Virus record (IMG/VR): IMGVR_UViG_3300045996_001458
Span: 1 to 64,000 of that record
Reading direction: 5' to 3' (one strand)
Length of the DNA stretch: 64,000 bases
Source: a virus
A program made the position numbers and the translations under genes. Under the pieces are notes generated by a model that was not told where the DNA came from, made no database searches, and worked only from the letters and a program-made list of their open reading frames with translations. Numbering within the stretch: the stretch's first letter is position 1; every line of letters begins with the position of its first letter. This document shows, in pieces, positions 24,703-34,226 of the stretch.

Positions 24703-25475
24703 TACAGCTCCTCGTCGTAGGCCGACTGGTCGGCCGGGTTGGTCCATGCCTGGTGTCCGCCGACCACTCGCAGGTGCGGCTGTTCTGGCTCGTCTTCCCA
24801 ACGGCCTTGGTTCAGCCAGGTCGCCGGATGGGGGGTGAACTTCGGGTCCTGTCCGGTTCGGATCGCGGCGAACCTTTGCGCTGCCGCCACCACGGCCGCC
24901 GAGTCCGCGCCGTCCTTGAGCGCCTTGGCCCATGCCTTCTCGGCTGCCTTGCGGCCGATCTTGCGGGGGTAGGCGGCGTAGAAGCGGGCGAAGCTCTCGG
25001 CCGTCGAACGTAGAGATGACTGCTCCACTGCTCCACTGCTCCACTGCTCCACTGCTCCGGGCACTGAGTCTCCGTGGAGTTCCTCACTGTCGTCCTCAGG
25101 GAGCGGCTCAGTGAGTCCTTTGTGCATCGGGCATGGTGGGAGCCGGGATGGGGTGGGCCGGTTGGGCTTCTGGTGCTCCGACCAGTTCACGCAGTGGATG
25201 TACTTGCGACCGTCGACTTCGTACCGACAGATAGGTCCTTGCTCACCACGGAGCCCAACTTGCATCTGTTCGAGCCAGTCGTCGATGCGTCCGGAGGTGA
25301 TTTTCTCGTCGTGAGGGAAGCAGTCACCGGCGATCCGCTTGGGCGCGTCGATGCCCCTGCCGCGGTCGTCCAGGTACCCCCAGAGGAGGACGAAGAAGTA
25401 GCGCATCTCGAACGGCCAGGACGCCACGAGGTCGGAGGTCCGCAGTTCAGGCTTGATGGAACGGATGCGCGCCAT
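24702..25475 (-). CDS. phage replication initiator protein
   Basis: MARIRSIKPE N-terminus; FYAAYPRKIGRKAA...HPATWLNQGRWED C-terminus; upstream of DnaC-like gene. Confidence 0.85.
   Translation of the reverse strand: MARIRSIKPELRTSDLVASWPFEMRYFFVLLWGYLDDRGRGIDAPKRIAGDCFPHDEKITSGRIDDWLEQMQVGLRGEQGPICRYEVDGRKYIHCVNWSEHQKPNRPTPSRLPPCPMHKGLTEPLPEDDSEELHGDSVPGAVEQWSSGAVEQSSLRSTAESFARFYAAYPRKIGRKAAEKAWAKALKDGADSAAVVAAAQRFAAIRTGQDPKFTPHPATWLNQGRWEDEPEQPHLRVVGGHQAWTNPADQSAYDEEL
25019..25058. repeat. 5 x 8-bp tandem repeat ACTGCTCC (putative origin iterons)
   Basis: Perfect tandem copies in the linker of the initiator gene. Confidence 0.8.
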
Positions 25476-25762
25476 CAGACGTTCGCCCCCTTCCGGGCGT
25501 TGCAGGAGTTGCAGAGAGCCTGCAAGTTGTCCACCTCGAACTTGCCGCCGAACAGGTACGGCCACACGTGGTCAAGCGCCAGGTAGCGCACTCCGAACTT
25601 GCCGTTCGGCTTCCGGTAGGTGTCGCCGAGCGCGAACTCCCCGTCGTAGCCCTCAGGAACCACGGGCTTCCACCCGCAGGACTTGCAGGCGTACCCGTCA
25701 CGCTCGTAGACGGCAAGACGGGTGCGCTTGAGCCGGGTGAGGCCGACCTTGGGCCGGGCCAT
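25475..25762 (-). CDS. HNH endonuclease
   Basis: RDGYACKSCG...LDHVWP...GG...NLQALCNSCNARKG. Confidence 0.9.
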   Translation of the reverse strand: MARPKVGLTRLKRTRLAVYERDGYACKSCGWKPVVPEGYDGEFALGDTYRKPNGKFGVRYLALDHVWPYLFGGKFEVDNLQALCNSCNARKGANV

Positions 25763-26028
25763 CAGGCTGCCCCCTCGATCGGTTCGTTTACACCCAGTTC
25801 CAGACGGGTCCGGATGCGGGCGGTGGTGTACTCGGTCATGCAGGTGTGCTCGGCGATCTCCCGGTCCGTCCAGCGGCGCTGGTGCAGATGCCACACCAGG
25901 TCCTCACGGTCCCTGGTGTCCAGGACTTCCGCCGGGAGGCGGCCTTCCCAGCAGGCGAGCCACAGTGCACGGCGGGACCGGGGAACGATCGGCACCTCTT
26001 CGTTGGGTGCCGGTCGGTGGTGGTCCAT
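25762..26028 (-). CDS. HTH DNA-binding protein
   Basis: WTDREIAEHTCMTEYTTARIR. Confidence 0.65.
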   Translation of the reverse strand: MDHHRPAPNEEVPIVPRSRRALWLACWEGRLPAEVLDTRDREDLVWHLHQRRWTDREIAEHTCMTEYTTARIRTRLELGVNEPIEGAA

Positions 26029-26066
26029 GCTCGCCTCCTTGCTTGGTGGGGATGGGTGGAGAGAGG

Positions 26067-26399
26067 TCACGCCGACGCTGGGCCGACGTCGGTCAGCGGG
26101 ACTCCGGCGGCCAGCTGCTCACGCCACTGCCAGCGCATCTCGGCAGCCGTGTCGCCGTCCTCCATCGCCTGGTTCACCCAGACGGCGAGGCGGTGGGCAC
26201 GGTCCGGGTCGTACTCGTGCAGCGCGGCGAGGAAGGCGGTTGTCGTGAATGCGAACTGGGTGCGCAGCGCGTTGTAGAGGGCACCACCCATGTCGCCGCG
26301 GTCGACGCAGCCGACGATCTTCTCCTCGGCCACGTCGGCGTCGGCGAGCGCGTGACGCATGAACGATCCTGCGTCCTTGATCTCGGGCTTGTCGCTCAT
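26067..26399 (-). CDS. hypothetical protein (paralog of 36103-36471)
   Basis: DPDRAHRL..W...WREQLAAG.PL. Confidence 0.65.
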   Translation of the reverse strand: MSDKPEIKDAGSFMRHALADADVAEEKIVGCVDRGDMGGALYNALRTQFAFTTTAFLAALHEYDPDRAHRLAVWVNQAMEDGDTAAEMRWQWREQLAAGVPLTDVGPASA

Positions 26400-26926
26400 G
26401 CCGCTCTCCCCATCTCGACCTGCAACGGGTGGGGCTCGCACTCCACCCAGCCGTTCTGTCCGTTCCCGTCCGGTTCACCCGGCATGGCCCAGTGGTCCCG
26501 GAACCGCAGCACCGGCCACGTCTCCGGGGTGACCATCGGGCCGCTCGGCACCAGCCAGCCCTCACGGGTCGCCCACTGGCGGGCCTGGTTCTCGATCTCG
26601 TCGTGACACATGCCGGGCGTGGTGGCCGACCCGCACACCGTCACGAGGTTGCACATCGTGTTCTTCCCGCCCCTGCCCCTCGGTAGGCGGTGCTGGAGGG
26701 AGTAGTACGGCGGGACGATGTCGTGACCGCACACTTGACACGTGGCGTCGTCTCGTGCGAGCACTGCCTTGCGCATCTTCTCGGACGGGCCGGTGTAGCG
26801 CGCGGCCTTCCGCTTCGGTGCAGGCTTGCCCTCTCTTCCGTTCCCTGTGGAGCGGAGGGAGGAGCGGCGGAGGGGTTGCCCTGTGGGCATCGGGGTCTTG
26901 CGCCGGAGTGGTTCGCCGGGCTTCAT
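26396..26926 (-). CDS. HNH endonuclease-like protein
   Basis: RDDATCQVCG...QHRLPRGRGG...NLVTVCG...CH. Confidence 0.75.
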   Translation of the reverse strand: MKPGEPLRRKTPMPTGQPLRRSSLRSTGNGREGKPAPKRKAARYTGPSEKMRKAVLARDDATCQVCGHDIVPPYYSLQHRLPRGRGGKNTMCNLVTVCGSATTPGMCHDEIENQARQWATREGWLVPSGPMVTPETWPVLRFRDHWAMPGEPDGNGQNGWVECEPHPLQVEMGRAA

Positions 26927-27408
26927 GAACTCACCTCGGCGCGCTCGACAACCGGACGCCACACGTGCTCCGGGAACCTCAGCACCGACTCGTACTCCGG
27001 CAGGTCTTCGGCCGGCACGTGAAAGCGGAGCGAGGTCGACGTGGCCGGTAGCGGCTCGGCGTCGAACATGGTGAAGAACCGGGGCGTGCAACCCGTCAAC
27101 CCGGCGAGCAGGCATAGTTGCTCCCACGTCGGGTACAGCTCGCCCGCTTCCCATCGGTCCACATCCGGCTCTTCCGCACCGCAAGCCACGTCCACCTCCG
27201 GGCCGTACAGGTCTGCCATGTTGAGTGCGGTGGTGATACGCCACGGCACGACGAGCCCGGCGGCCCACTTGCGGCGGCCCTTGGCCATATCGCGTTCGTG
27301 GCTGGCTTCCGCCTGGTGCTTGCGGGCGAGGATCGCCGTGCGACGCCGTTGCGCTTCAGCGGGATCAAGTCGCTGGCCGGCCTTGCCCCACCGCTTCCGC
27401 TCGCTCAC
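26923..27408 (-). CDS. XRE-like HTH protein
   Basis: GPEVDVACGAEEPDVDRWEAGELYPTWEQL. Confidence 0.65.
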   Translation of the reverse strand: MSERKRWGKAGQRLDPAEAQRRRTAILARKHQAEASHERDMAKGRRKWAAGLVVPWRITTALNMADLYGPEVDVACGAEEPDVDRWEAGELYPTWEQLCLLAGLTGCTPRFFTMFDAEPLPATSTSLRFHVPAEDLPEYESVLRFPEHVWRPVVERAEVSS

Positions 27409-27791
27409 TGCTCCGCCCTCCCCGTCAACCGTCCGGTCTCGAACGCGGACTTCCACAGTTCGTCGATCCGCTCGATCGGGTCCTTCCAGCCGGGCAGGGC
27501 GAGGTCGAGCGCGTCGTGCAGCCACTCTGATGGCGGTTCGGGGCACCCGCCGTCGCCAACGTGCACCAACGCCCAGCCACGTTCGGCGAGTCGGTCACGG
27601 AACGAGCCATCGGTGATGGAGTCGAGCACCGCCGACGCCACGGCCTCGCCGACCCAGTCGGCAGGCCGGTCCGGGCGGTTGTCGACGACCCGCCGCCACT
27701 CGGCCTCGCGCTTCTCGGTCGCGCGGTGCACGGCGTCGCGCTCCGCCTTGGGCATCGCCTCCCAAGTGGCTTCGTCGATGGGCCCGCTCAC
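27405..27791 (-). CDS. hypothetical phage protein
   Basis: GAGGAG RBS, overlap. Confidence 0.6.
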   Translation of the reverse strand: MSGPIDEATWEAMPKAERDAVHRATEKREAEWRRVVDNRPDRPADWVGEAVASAVLDSITDGSFRDRLAERGWALVHVGDGGCPEPPSEWLHDALDLALPGWKDPIERIDELWKSAFETGRLTGRAEQ

Positions 27792-28171
27792 TGCCCCTCC
27801 TCGTCGTTGTGCTCGTACAACAGGCAGTTAAGCCCTGCCCCCATGGCCAAGTCGTAGGTGTGACGTGCCCCTTTGGAGTGGTTGTGGATGAACGCGAGGA
27901 TCAGATGCGGCCCGGAGCCGACCAGTTCGACCATCTCGGCGTTCCGCCGGAAGCCTGCGGCCCTGCCGTACCGCTTCCAGTCCGCCGGGTGCCGCTCCAC
28001 CGCACCGCCCAGGTCACGCCAGATACCGGCAGCCTGCCGGTCCCCCTGCGGGGCGTCGCCGTGATGCAGCACCGCGTCCGGGTAGTAGGCGTGGATCTCG
28101 GTCAACTTCTCCCGCACCACGGACCAGCGTGTCCAGGAGCGCGAGATCGTCACGAGAATCCGGGGGCTCAC
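27788..28171 (-). CDS. SLOG-superfamily protein (DUF2493/YspA-like)
   Basis: RILVT.SR.W, HG.A.QGD, HPADW..YG.AAG..RN.EMV, LAF...SKGA.HT. Confidence 0.8.
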   Translation of the reverse strand: MSPRILVTISRSWTRWSVVREKLTEIHAYYPDAVLHHGDAPQGDRQAAGIWRDLGGAVERHPADWKRYGRAAGFRRNAEMVELVGSGPHLILAFIHNHSKGARHTYDLAMGAGLNCLLYEHNDEEGQ

Positions 28172-28524
28172 ACCGCACCTCCCGGAACCTGGTACATGGC
28201 CCGGATAGAGGCCCCGATCGACTGGTACGCCCGCAGCTTCTCCGTCAGCGCGCGGGCGGTGCGCTCAGCGTGCCTGAACGCCACCTCCGCGACGTCGGCC
28301 GCTTCCAGCTCCTTCTCAGTGGCGAGGATCGCCGCATACTTCTTCGCGTGCGCCGGCCCGGTCCAGTTGATGTAGGCGTGGGCGAACGCCACGTCGTAGG
28401 CGCGTCGGGCGTCACGTGCCTTGGCCTCCGCGTTGGACACCACGGGCACGCCGCGGGCGATGTCGTTGGCCACAGCGCTGATCTGCTGCTCGATGTCCAC
28501 CGGGTTGAGAACGTCTCCGGTCAT
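28168..28524 (-). CDS. conserved phage hypothetical protein (helical)
   Basis: LNPVDIEQ...LRAYQSIGASIRAMY. Confidence 0.65.
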   Translation of the reverse strand: MTGDVLNPVDIEQQISAVANDIARGVPVVSNAEAKARDARRAYDVAFAHAYINWTGPAHAKKYAAILATEKELEAADVAEVAFRHAERTARALTEKLRAYQSIGASIRAMYQVPGGAV

Positions 28525-29300
28525 GCCGCATCCGCCCCCAACCACGACTGCACGTACACCGCGGTCGTGCCGAGAACGCGGGCGGCCTCCAGCGGGGTCA
28601 GCCCGTCGTTGACCAGCCGCACCGCCGCTTCGACCCGATCGGCTTTCGTGAGGTCGGCCGGTCGCTCACCGGTCATGTACGCCTGAACCCGGTCTTCGTC
28701 GTAGCCGGTGAAGTTCGGGGTGGCGCGAGGGTCGTCGATCGCGCCGTCGCTCCACGCGGCGGGAGAGGGGTAGCCGCGTGACTCGGCGTAGATCCGCGCC
28801 CTGGCCGACGGGCCGGGCTCCCCGCCCAACTCCCGATAGAGGGTGGCCACCTTGTAGGCGAACCGGTATGACACGCACGGCTTGGTCATCGTCGTCATCA
28901 ACGACTTTCGGGTCGTCCCCAGCCGCCCGGCAACGACCTCAGTGGACCAGCCGAGCCGCATGAGTGCCTGCACCCTGCGCCGGGTTCCGGTCGCATCCAT
29001 CCCACGTCGCGAGGCACGGCCCACCAGAGGGACCGACATGATGCCCCGGTGCGTGGACAGGCGGACCTTTTCCGGACGTCGGGAGAGGACGGAACTGGGG
29101 ACAGTCTCGCCTACGCCGGCCGCTTCGGCGATCTGGTCCAGGGTCCAGCCGAGTGACTGCAACCGTTCGATGTGCTCGATCACGGGACCGGAGGGCCGGA
29201 AGCCCACGAGGCCCAACCGGGAGGCCTCGGCGTAGTCCGGGTTGCACAGTCCCCCGCGGTGTCGTGCCCGGAAGCAGCCGGGGCGGATGCAGGTGGTCAT
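28521..29300 (-). CDS. multi-HTH DNA-binding protein
   Basis: GWTLDQIAEAAGV; GTRRRVQALMRLGWS; YPSPAAW.D..IDDP. Confidence 0.7.
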   Translation of the reverse strand: MTTCIRPGCFRARHRGGLCNPDYAEASRLGLVGFRPSGPVIEHIERLQSLGWTLDQIAEAAGVGETVPSSVLSRRPEKVRLSTHRGIMSVPLVGRASRRGMDATGTRRRVQALMRLGWSTEVVAGRLGTTRKSLMTTMTKPCVSYRFAYKVATLYRELGGEPGPSARARIYAESRGYPSPAAWSDGAIDDPRATPNFTGYDEDRVQAYMTGERPADLTKADRVEAAVRLVNDGLTPLEAARVLGTTAVYVQSWLGADAA

Positions 29301-29998
29301 GCCACACCGTCCAGTGGAGCCCGCACAGCCCGGGAGAACTTGACGACGTACTGCCCGGCCCGGGTTGCGAGCTGCGAGAGGGTGAGCGCGGTGCCTTCCT
29401 CTACGCCGAGTAACTCACGGTCGGAGTCTTCGAGCAGCCCCGCCACGTCGATATCCGACGCCGCATTGGCCCTCGCCGCCGCTTCCTTCCACAAGGCGGT
29501 GACGCCGTCCTTGGAGTCGACGTGCAGCCATTTCTTCGTGTACGTCGCGGCGATCACGTTCAGGTCGTTCGGCGAGGGCTGCTCGTCGGAAGGTGGTCGC
29601 CGCCGGGCAGCCTGCTCCACGTCCGGCAGCGGCGCGTCGAGTGCCTCCCGCTGGTTGCGGACGTCTTCCGCAGTGGACACACCGCGTTTAGTGTCGGCTG
29701 CCAGCGCGGCGACGATCGCCCTACCCCAGGCAGAGGTCTCGGCGTTCTGCAACTCCGACCCGCGGGTGAACCGAGTACGGCCGGGAAACGGCTCATACGC
29801 CATACCCACTCCGGGGCACAGGTCGTCAGGCGTGCGGTACGCCGCGGCGACCACGACGATGTAGGTCTGACCGGCCAACTCCTCGATCGCGTAGGGATTC
29901 GCCCGGTCGTTGGGCTGCAACGAGCCCTCCGGATACTTGGTGCGGAACTCGACGATGCGCTCGGCGACGTCGACGTAGTCCATCTCGATGTCGCTCAC
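29297..29998 (-). CDS. putative DNA single-strand annealing/recombination protein
   Basis: YVDVAERI..FR..YP and NAETSAWGRA motifs; replication-recombination module; contains a TTA codon. Confidence 0.55.
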   Translation of the reverse strand: MSDIEMDYVDVAERIVEFRTKYPEGSLQPNDRANPYAIEELAGQTYIVVVAAAYRTPDDLCPGVGMAYEPFPGRTRFTRGSELQNAETSAWGRAIVAALAADTKRGVSTAEDVRNQREALDAPLPDVEQAARRRPPSDEQPSPNDLNVIAATYTKKWLHVDSKDGVTALWKEAAARANAASDIDVAGLLEDSDRELLGVEEGTALTLSQLATRAGQYVVKFSRAVRAPLDGVA

Positions 29999-30594
29999 TC
30001 CGAACCTCCGGCAGGCAGTGCCACGAGTTGGCCGTCGAGGTCGACCACGCCGGCCGCCCACATCTCTTCCACGATGTCCGCACCGCCGTCCTGAACGGTC
30101 ACCCGCAAGGTCCCCTCCGGGGTGGACACGGTGAGCCCCGGCGGTGCCTTCTCCCCGACCTCACCGCCGAACCCCACCGGCTCTCCGGCGGCCTGCGACT
30201 TCAAGACCAACTCGTTGATGACGTAGTCGGGTACCTCGGTGACCTCGTCCAGCAGGAACGGGGCGTGCTCACGCAGGACTGCGATCACGTCGGCTTGCGA
30301 CCCGATCACCACGGTCTTCGTCTCTGCCTTCCCGGGGTAGTTCGCCCGGACCCACATCTCCACCTCGCGGCGACTGTCCACCGTGGCGCGGTTCTTCGGC
30401 TTGGACTTGTTGACCTCGACGATTGCCTGCTCAGGGCAGGTCGGGTTGGACACAGTGCTGTTGTCGCCCTTGGCGAGGAGGCCGGCCACGACGTTGCGGG
30501 CATCCCGCTCGGCTTCGGTCACCCGGTTCTTCAGCACGGTGAGGACGCCGAGCTTCAGCAGGGCGGCGTCACGCGGGGACAGTTCGGCGTTCAC
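29995..30594 (-). CDS. hypothetical phage protein
   Basis: Coupled to upstream whiB. Confidence 0.65.
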   Translation of the reverse strand: MNAELSPRDAALLKLGVLTVLKNRVTEAERDARNVVAGLLAKGDNSTVSNPTCPEQAIVEVNKSKPKNRATVDSRREVEMWVRANYPGKAETKTVVIGSQADVIAVLREHAPFLLDEVTEVPDYVINELVLKSQAAGEPVGFGGEVGEKAPPGLTVSTPEGTLRVTVQDGGADIVEEMWAAGVVDLDGQLVALPAGGSE

Positions 30595-31031
30595 GCCTTC
30601 ACCTCTTCGGGGATAGTCCACGAGCCTGAGCACGTGGTGTCGGTCCTCTTGTCCGTGTGGTCGTAGGTACGTCCGATGGCGTCCAGACCGACCGGCCGCT
30701 CACACACCCGGCACGGATGGCGCTTGGTCTGCGACCGCCGCGACGGGAGCGGCGGGGAGGGGGCGACCGGGGAGGCCTTGGCCATGCCGTCCCGGTCCCG
30801 CTTCGACAGGCCACCCCACACGCCGTGTTCCTGATCGGTGGCCAGTGCCCAGGCGCGGCATCCGTCCATCACCCGGCACTCGGTCATGCAGATCGACTTG
30901 GCCCGGTCGATCTCCTCCGCGACGACGCTGTGCCACAGGTCCGGTTCGTGCCGTCCGCTTCCGCAGGCCGCCTTGGTGTCGATGCGCTCCAGCTCTTCGC
31001 GGACGGATCGCGGCGGGAGGGTGGCGGTCAT
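30591..31031 (-). CDS. WhiB-family transcription factor
   Basis: AAC...AKSIC..C.V...C...AL...HGVWGGLS. Confidence 0.9.
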   Translation of the reverse strand: MTATLPPRSVREELERIDTKAACGSGRHEPDLWHSVVAEEIDRAKSICMTECRVMDGCRAWALATDQEHGVWGGLSKRDRDGMAKASPVAPSPPLPSRRSQTKRHPCRVCERPVGLDAIGRTYDHTDKRTDTTCSGSWTIPEEVKA

Positions 31032-31657
31032 GGTCGTGGCACCTCCCTGGTCTCCGTCGGAGTGGCGGTCCAGGTGAGGCTGTACTCGCAACCCTCGCGG
31101 GGCTCGTCGTAGTCGCCCGGCCCGTGCACGACGACCTTCGTCGGTCGGCCGTCGCGGTCAGCGGTGACATGCACCGTGACGCCACCGACGTTCATCCACC
31201 ACGTGCAGTTGTCCATCTGCTCCACGTGCAGCCAGCGACCTACCACCAGCTCGTCGAACTCGGCGTTCGGGAACAGATGCCCGCGGTGGTGCTCCGTGTC
31301 CGCGCTGACGCTGCGGTTGCTGAAACTGTGCGTCGGGGTCTGCTCACCGTCGGTCCAGGTGTGCACGCGAACGGTCCACGGCGAACCGGGACGGCGGAGC
31401 CGTGGAGTCTTGACCGGAGCGCCGGAGGCCTCGGAGCGAAGCGACCCGGATCCCTCCCGTGTGGAGTCCCCAGAGAGGGAGAGCAACCCGGCGGTGGCGA
31501 GCTTGGTCACCACGTCGGCGGTGACGGCCTCGATTCCGGGGAACCTTCCGAGGCGTGACAGGAGGACGTTGACGACGACACGGCTGGCGTCTTCGACAGC
31601 GCGCTGGACGACCGCCGGGACGGATGGGGTGTCGGGGGAAGCAGCGTCAGCGGTCAC
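31028..31657 (-). CDS. hypothetical phage protein
   Basis: FDELVVGRWLHVEQMD...WWMNVGGV. Confidence 0.65.
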   Translation of the reverse strand: MTADAASPDTPSVPAVVQRAVEDASRVVVNVLLSRLGRFPGIEAVTADVVTKLATAGLLSLSGDSTREGSGSLRSEASGAPVKTPRLRRPGSPWTVRVHTWTDGEQTPTHSFSNRSVSADTEHHRGHLFPNAEFDELVVGRWLHVEQMDNCTWWMNVGGVTVHVTADRDGRPTKVVVHGPGDYDEPREGCEYSLTWTATPTETREVPRP

Positions 31658-31845
31658 CGGGCACCGCCTCGGCGAGCGCGTGCGGCCTGGTTGAGGTCGG
31701 CCAGGTGCTTCCGCTGGTCGGCGCGGATGGAGATCCCGACGTCGGTCCACAGGCCCTTGACCTCTTTGCGCAGGCTGTGGACTTCGACGGCGAGGCCGAC
31801 CATCAGGAGGAAGTTCGCGCAGGAGAAGATGAACAGTCCGGTCAT
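31654..31845 (-). CDS. small membrane/coiled-coil protein
   Basis: N-terminal hydrophobic helix. Confidence 0.55.
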   Translation of the reverse strand: MTGLFIFSCANFLLMVGLAVEVHSLRKEVKGLWTDVGISIRADQRKHLADLNQAARARRGGAR

Positions 31846-32384
31846 GGCTGCTGGGTGTTCCTCTCAGTGGGGTCGGGCGGGACGACACCGTGCGCCTCAG
31901 GCCAGAGGTACGACGTGAGGTGACCCGGCAGGAACAGCGGATGGCCCGGCTGCCCGTCCTTGGTGAGGGCGAGCACGTGCAGGCGCACACCCGCACAGAT
32001 CAGCGAACCGACCGTGCGTTGAACGTCCGCCATGTCGGCGTTGGCACCCCAGGCGCACACGGTCAGGGCGTCTTCCTTGGCGCGGTGAAGGTGGGTTGCG
32101 TTGTCCGGTCCGACCGGGTCTGCGTGCCGCTTCAGCGCCTTCGGGTCGCGGGAGCGCAGCGCATACAGGTTGCGGACGACGATGCCGCCGTAGCCCCACG
32201 CCTTGGCGTACCGGACGCACTTGCGGATGGTGGCGTCGTCGGCGTCCGCGTCGGCGGTCGAGGGGTTGAGCATGATCCAGCCGACGGCGGGCTCGGGTGC
32301 CCACGTGCGGCGCAGCTCGTAGCGGTAGGTACCGCAAGGGCTCAGGACAGCGCTGCTCGTCAGCCCGAACAGATCGGCGGCCAT
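31842..32384 (-). CDS. DUF1643 family protein
   Basis: SPCGTYRY.L.R.W, MLNPSTAD...DD.TIR.C, NLYA.R, AWG, HPL. Confidence 0.9.
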   Translation of the reverse strand: MAADLFGLTSSAVLSPCGTYRYELRRTWAPEPAVGWIMLNPSTADADADDATIRKCVRYAKAWGYGGIVVRNLYALRSRDPKALKRHADPVGPDNATHLHRAKEDALTVCAWGANADMADVQRTVGSLICAGVRLHVLALTKDGQPGHPLFLPGHLTSYLWPEAHGVVPPDPTERNTQQP

Positions 32385-32556
32385 CAAAGCTTCCCGCCTT
32401 TCTTGGTGGCGGACGGCGTCCGACGGGCTGCGTACGCCGCCATGCAGGCGTGTTCGTCGTCGCAGCCGTGGCGCTGCTCGCCGGTCGCGCCGGTGTAGTC
32501 GCGGCAGCCGCCTTGGCAGGGCTGCCCGCAGGTGTCGCAGACGTGGTCGGTGGGCA

Positions 32557-32865
32557 TCACGGCTTCCCGCCTTCCTGGGAGACACCGGATGGGCGCGGGT
32601 GACGGATCTCGTCGGCGGCGTCGATGAGCTTCAGGCGGACCAGCCCGAGACCGAGCTTCTGCGCCGCGCGGGCCTTGCGGTCCTCGGGCTTGACGATGGG
32701 CTTCTGGTCGATGCGCTGCTTCCAGGCGTCAAGCTCGGCGATTAGGACGTCCAGCACAGCCGCTGTCGCCTTGCGTGCGGCTTCGTCGGTGTGCCGGTCG
32801 TCGGGGGTGTGGTCGACCAGCGGGACGGCGGCGGCGTGGACGAGGCGGTCGGTGAAGGCGCTCAC
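32557..32865 (-). CDS. hypothetical phage protein
   Basis: GAGGAGGAG RBS. Confidence 0.55.
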   Translation of the reverse strand: MSAFTDRLVHAAAVPLVDHTPDDRHTDEAARKATAAVLDVLIAELDAWKQRIDQKPIVKPEDRKARAAQKLGLGLVRLKLIDAADEIRHPRPSGVSQEGGKP

Positions 32866-33425
32866 TGCTCCTCCTCGGGTGTCGGGTTGGCCGGAGCGGG
32901 GATGTCGAGGGTGATGCTCACTTCGAGCAGCGCAGGCGGGGCGGGCTCCTCCCACGAGGCGACGATCTGACCGACCGGGCAGTCCGATTCGCAGTCGAAC
33001 TCCGCGTCGGTTCCGCAGTGCCCGCAGGGCCCGTAGGCGTGGTGCCGGGTCGGGTTGTGGGAGCGGCAGCCGCAGGTCTCGCCGTCGCGGTAGCGCCACT
33101 CGACGCGGGTCACCTCGTCGTCCACGTGCATCCGCTGCGCCTCGACGAAGAACCTGCGCACGAACTCGACCGGGAACATGCCGGGGAAGCCCTCGCGCGC
33201 GACGTCGTCGGCGGTGATCGCGGACAGTGGTTCGCGCCGGACGCTGACCACTTCGACATCCACGATCCGCACCAGCGGCTCACCCTTGCGGCGGCCCATG
33301 ACCTTGCGGCACAACGTGAGGAAGTCACCCGGTTCGAGATTGGCCCAGCCCTTGCGGCGGGTGACGGTCTTGGAGCGGTCGCGGACCTGCTGCTCGGTGA
33401 ACGAGACGGACATCAGGCGCGGCAT
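32862..33425 (-). CDS. ASCH-domain protein
   Basis: KTVTRR.GW..L.PGD, VRREPL..IT.DDV.REGF. Confidence 0.8.
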   Translation of the reverse strand: MPRLMSVSFTEQQVRDRSKTVTRRKGWANLEPGDFLTLCRKVMGRRKGEPLVRIVDVEVVSVRREPLSAITADDVAREGFPGMFPVEFVRRFFVEAQRMHVDDEVTRVEWRYRDGETCGCRSHNPTRHHAYGPCGHCGTDAEFDCESDCPVGQIVASWEEPAPPALLEVSITLDIPAPANPTPEEEQ

Positions 33426-33545
33426 GTCAGGCCTCCCAGAACGTCTGGTCGTCCGGGGTCACCCGGATCAGCAGGGCCAGCACCAACGGGATCAGCCCTG
33501 CGCCCACGGCGATGGCGATGATGGTGATGATCTGGTGTGCGGGCA

Positions 33546-34226
33546 TCACGCCTCCTCGGATGGGATGGGGGTGTCTCCGTCCACAGCGGGAGCGGAGGGA
33601 CGGGGCGCGTCGGTGCGGTTCCAGCCGCCGATGTCGTCGCCGTAGTCGTCGTCCTCGGCCGTGTCTTGGCCACGCGCGTACGGCGTGCCGCACAGCTCGT
33701 GCCGGATAGAGAACGGGGCTGCGGCGGCGGTGTGGTAGCCGCACTCGGCCATCGGCTCGGCCGGGGTCGCGGCGTCCTCGCGTGCGGCGAGACCGGCGAG
33801 GTCGGCGCGCGGGGCCCGCGGTGCGGCGGCGGCGAGTTCGTCGCCGATCCCCATGGAGTAGGTGGGGATGTCCTCCAAGTCGCCCACGCTGTCGACGGTC
33901 AGGCCACGCGAGGTGAGCCACGCGACGAGCCCATTCCACGCGGCCGGGTGCACCAGGAGCGCGCGCACCTCCCCGTCCGCTGCTGCGGGTGCCGGTCCCG
34001 CATTGGTCTGCATGTCGGCGACCGGAAACCGTTGGGGCACCGTTCCGGATGAGTCAGCTTGTGCGGGATTGGTCTGCTCCGGTGCGGGTGCCGGGTCCGT
34101 GGTGGGAGTGGCCCCGGCGAGCTGGCGCAGCTTCCACGCCACGTCTACGGCCGGGACCGTGCCGGTGCGCCGGTTGAGGACGTTGGCCCACGTCAGCAGT
34201 TCGGCGCGGAGGGTGGAGTCGTTCAC
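33546..34226 (-). CDS. hypothetical phage protein
   Basis: GAGGGGG RBS, overlap. Confidence 0.55.
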   Translation of the reverse strand: MNDSTLRAELLTWANVLNRRTGTVPAVDVAWKLRQLAGATPTTDPAPAPEQTNPAQADSSGTVPQRFPVADMQTNAGPAPAAADGEVRALLVHPAAWNGLVAWLTSRGLTVDSVGDLEDIPTYSMGIGDELAAAAPRAPRADLAGLAAREDAATPAEPMAECGYHTAAAAPFSIRHELCGTPYARGQDTAEDDDYGDDIGGWNRTDAPRPSAPAVDGDTPIPSEEA

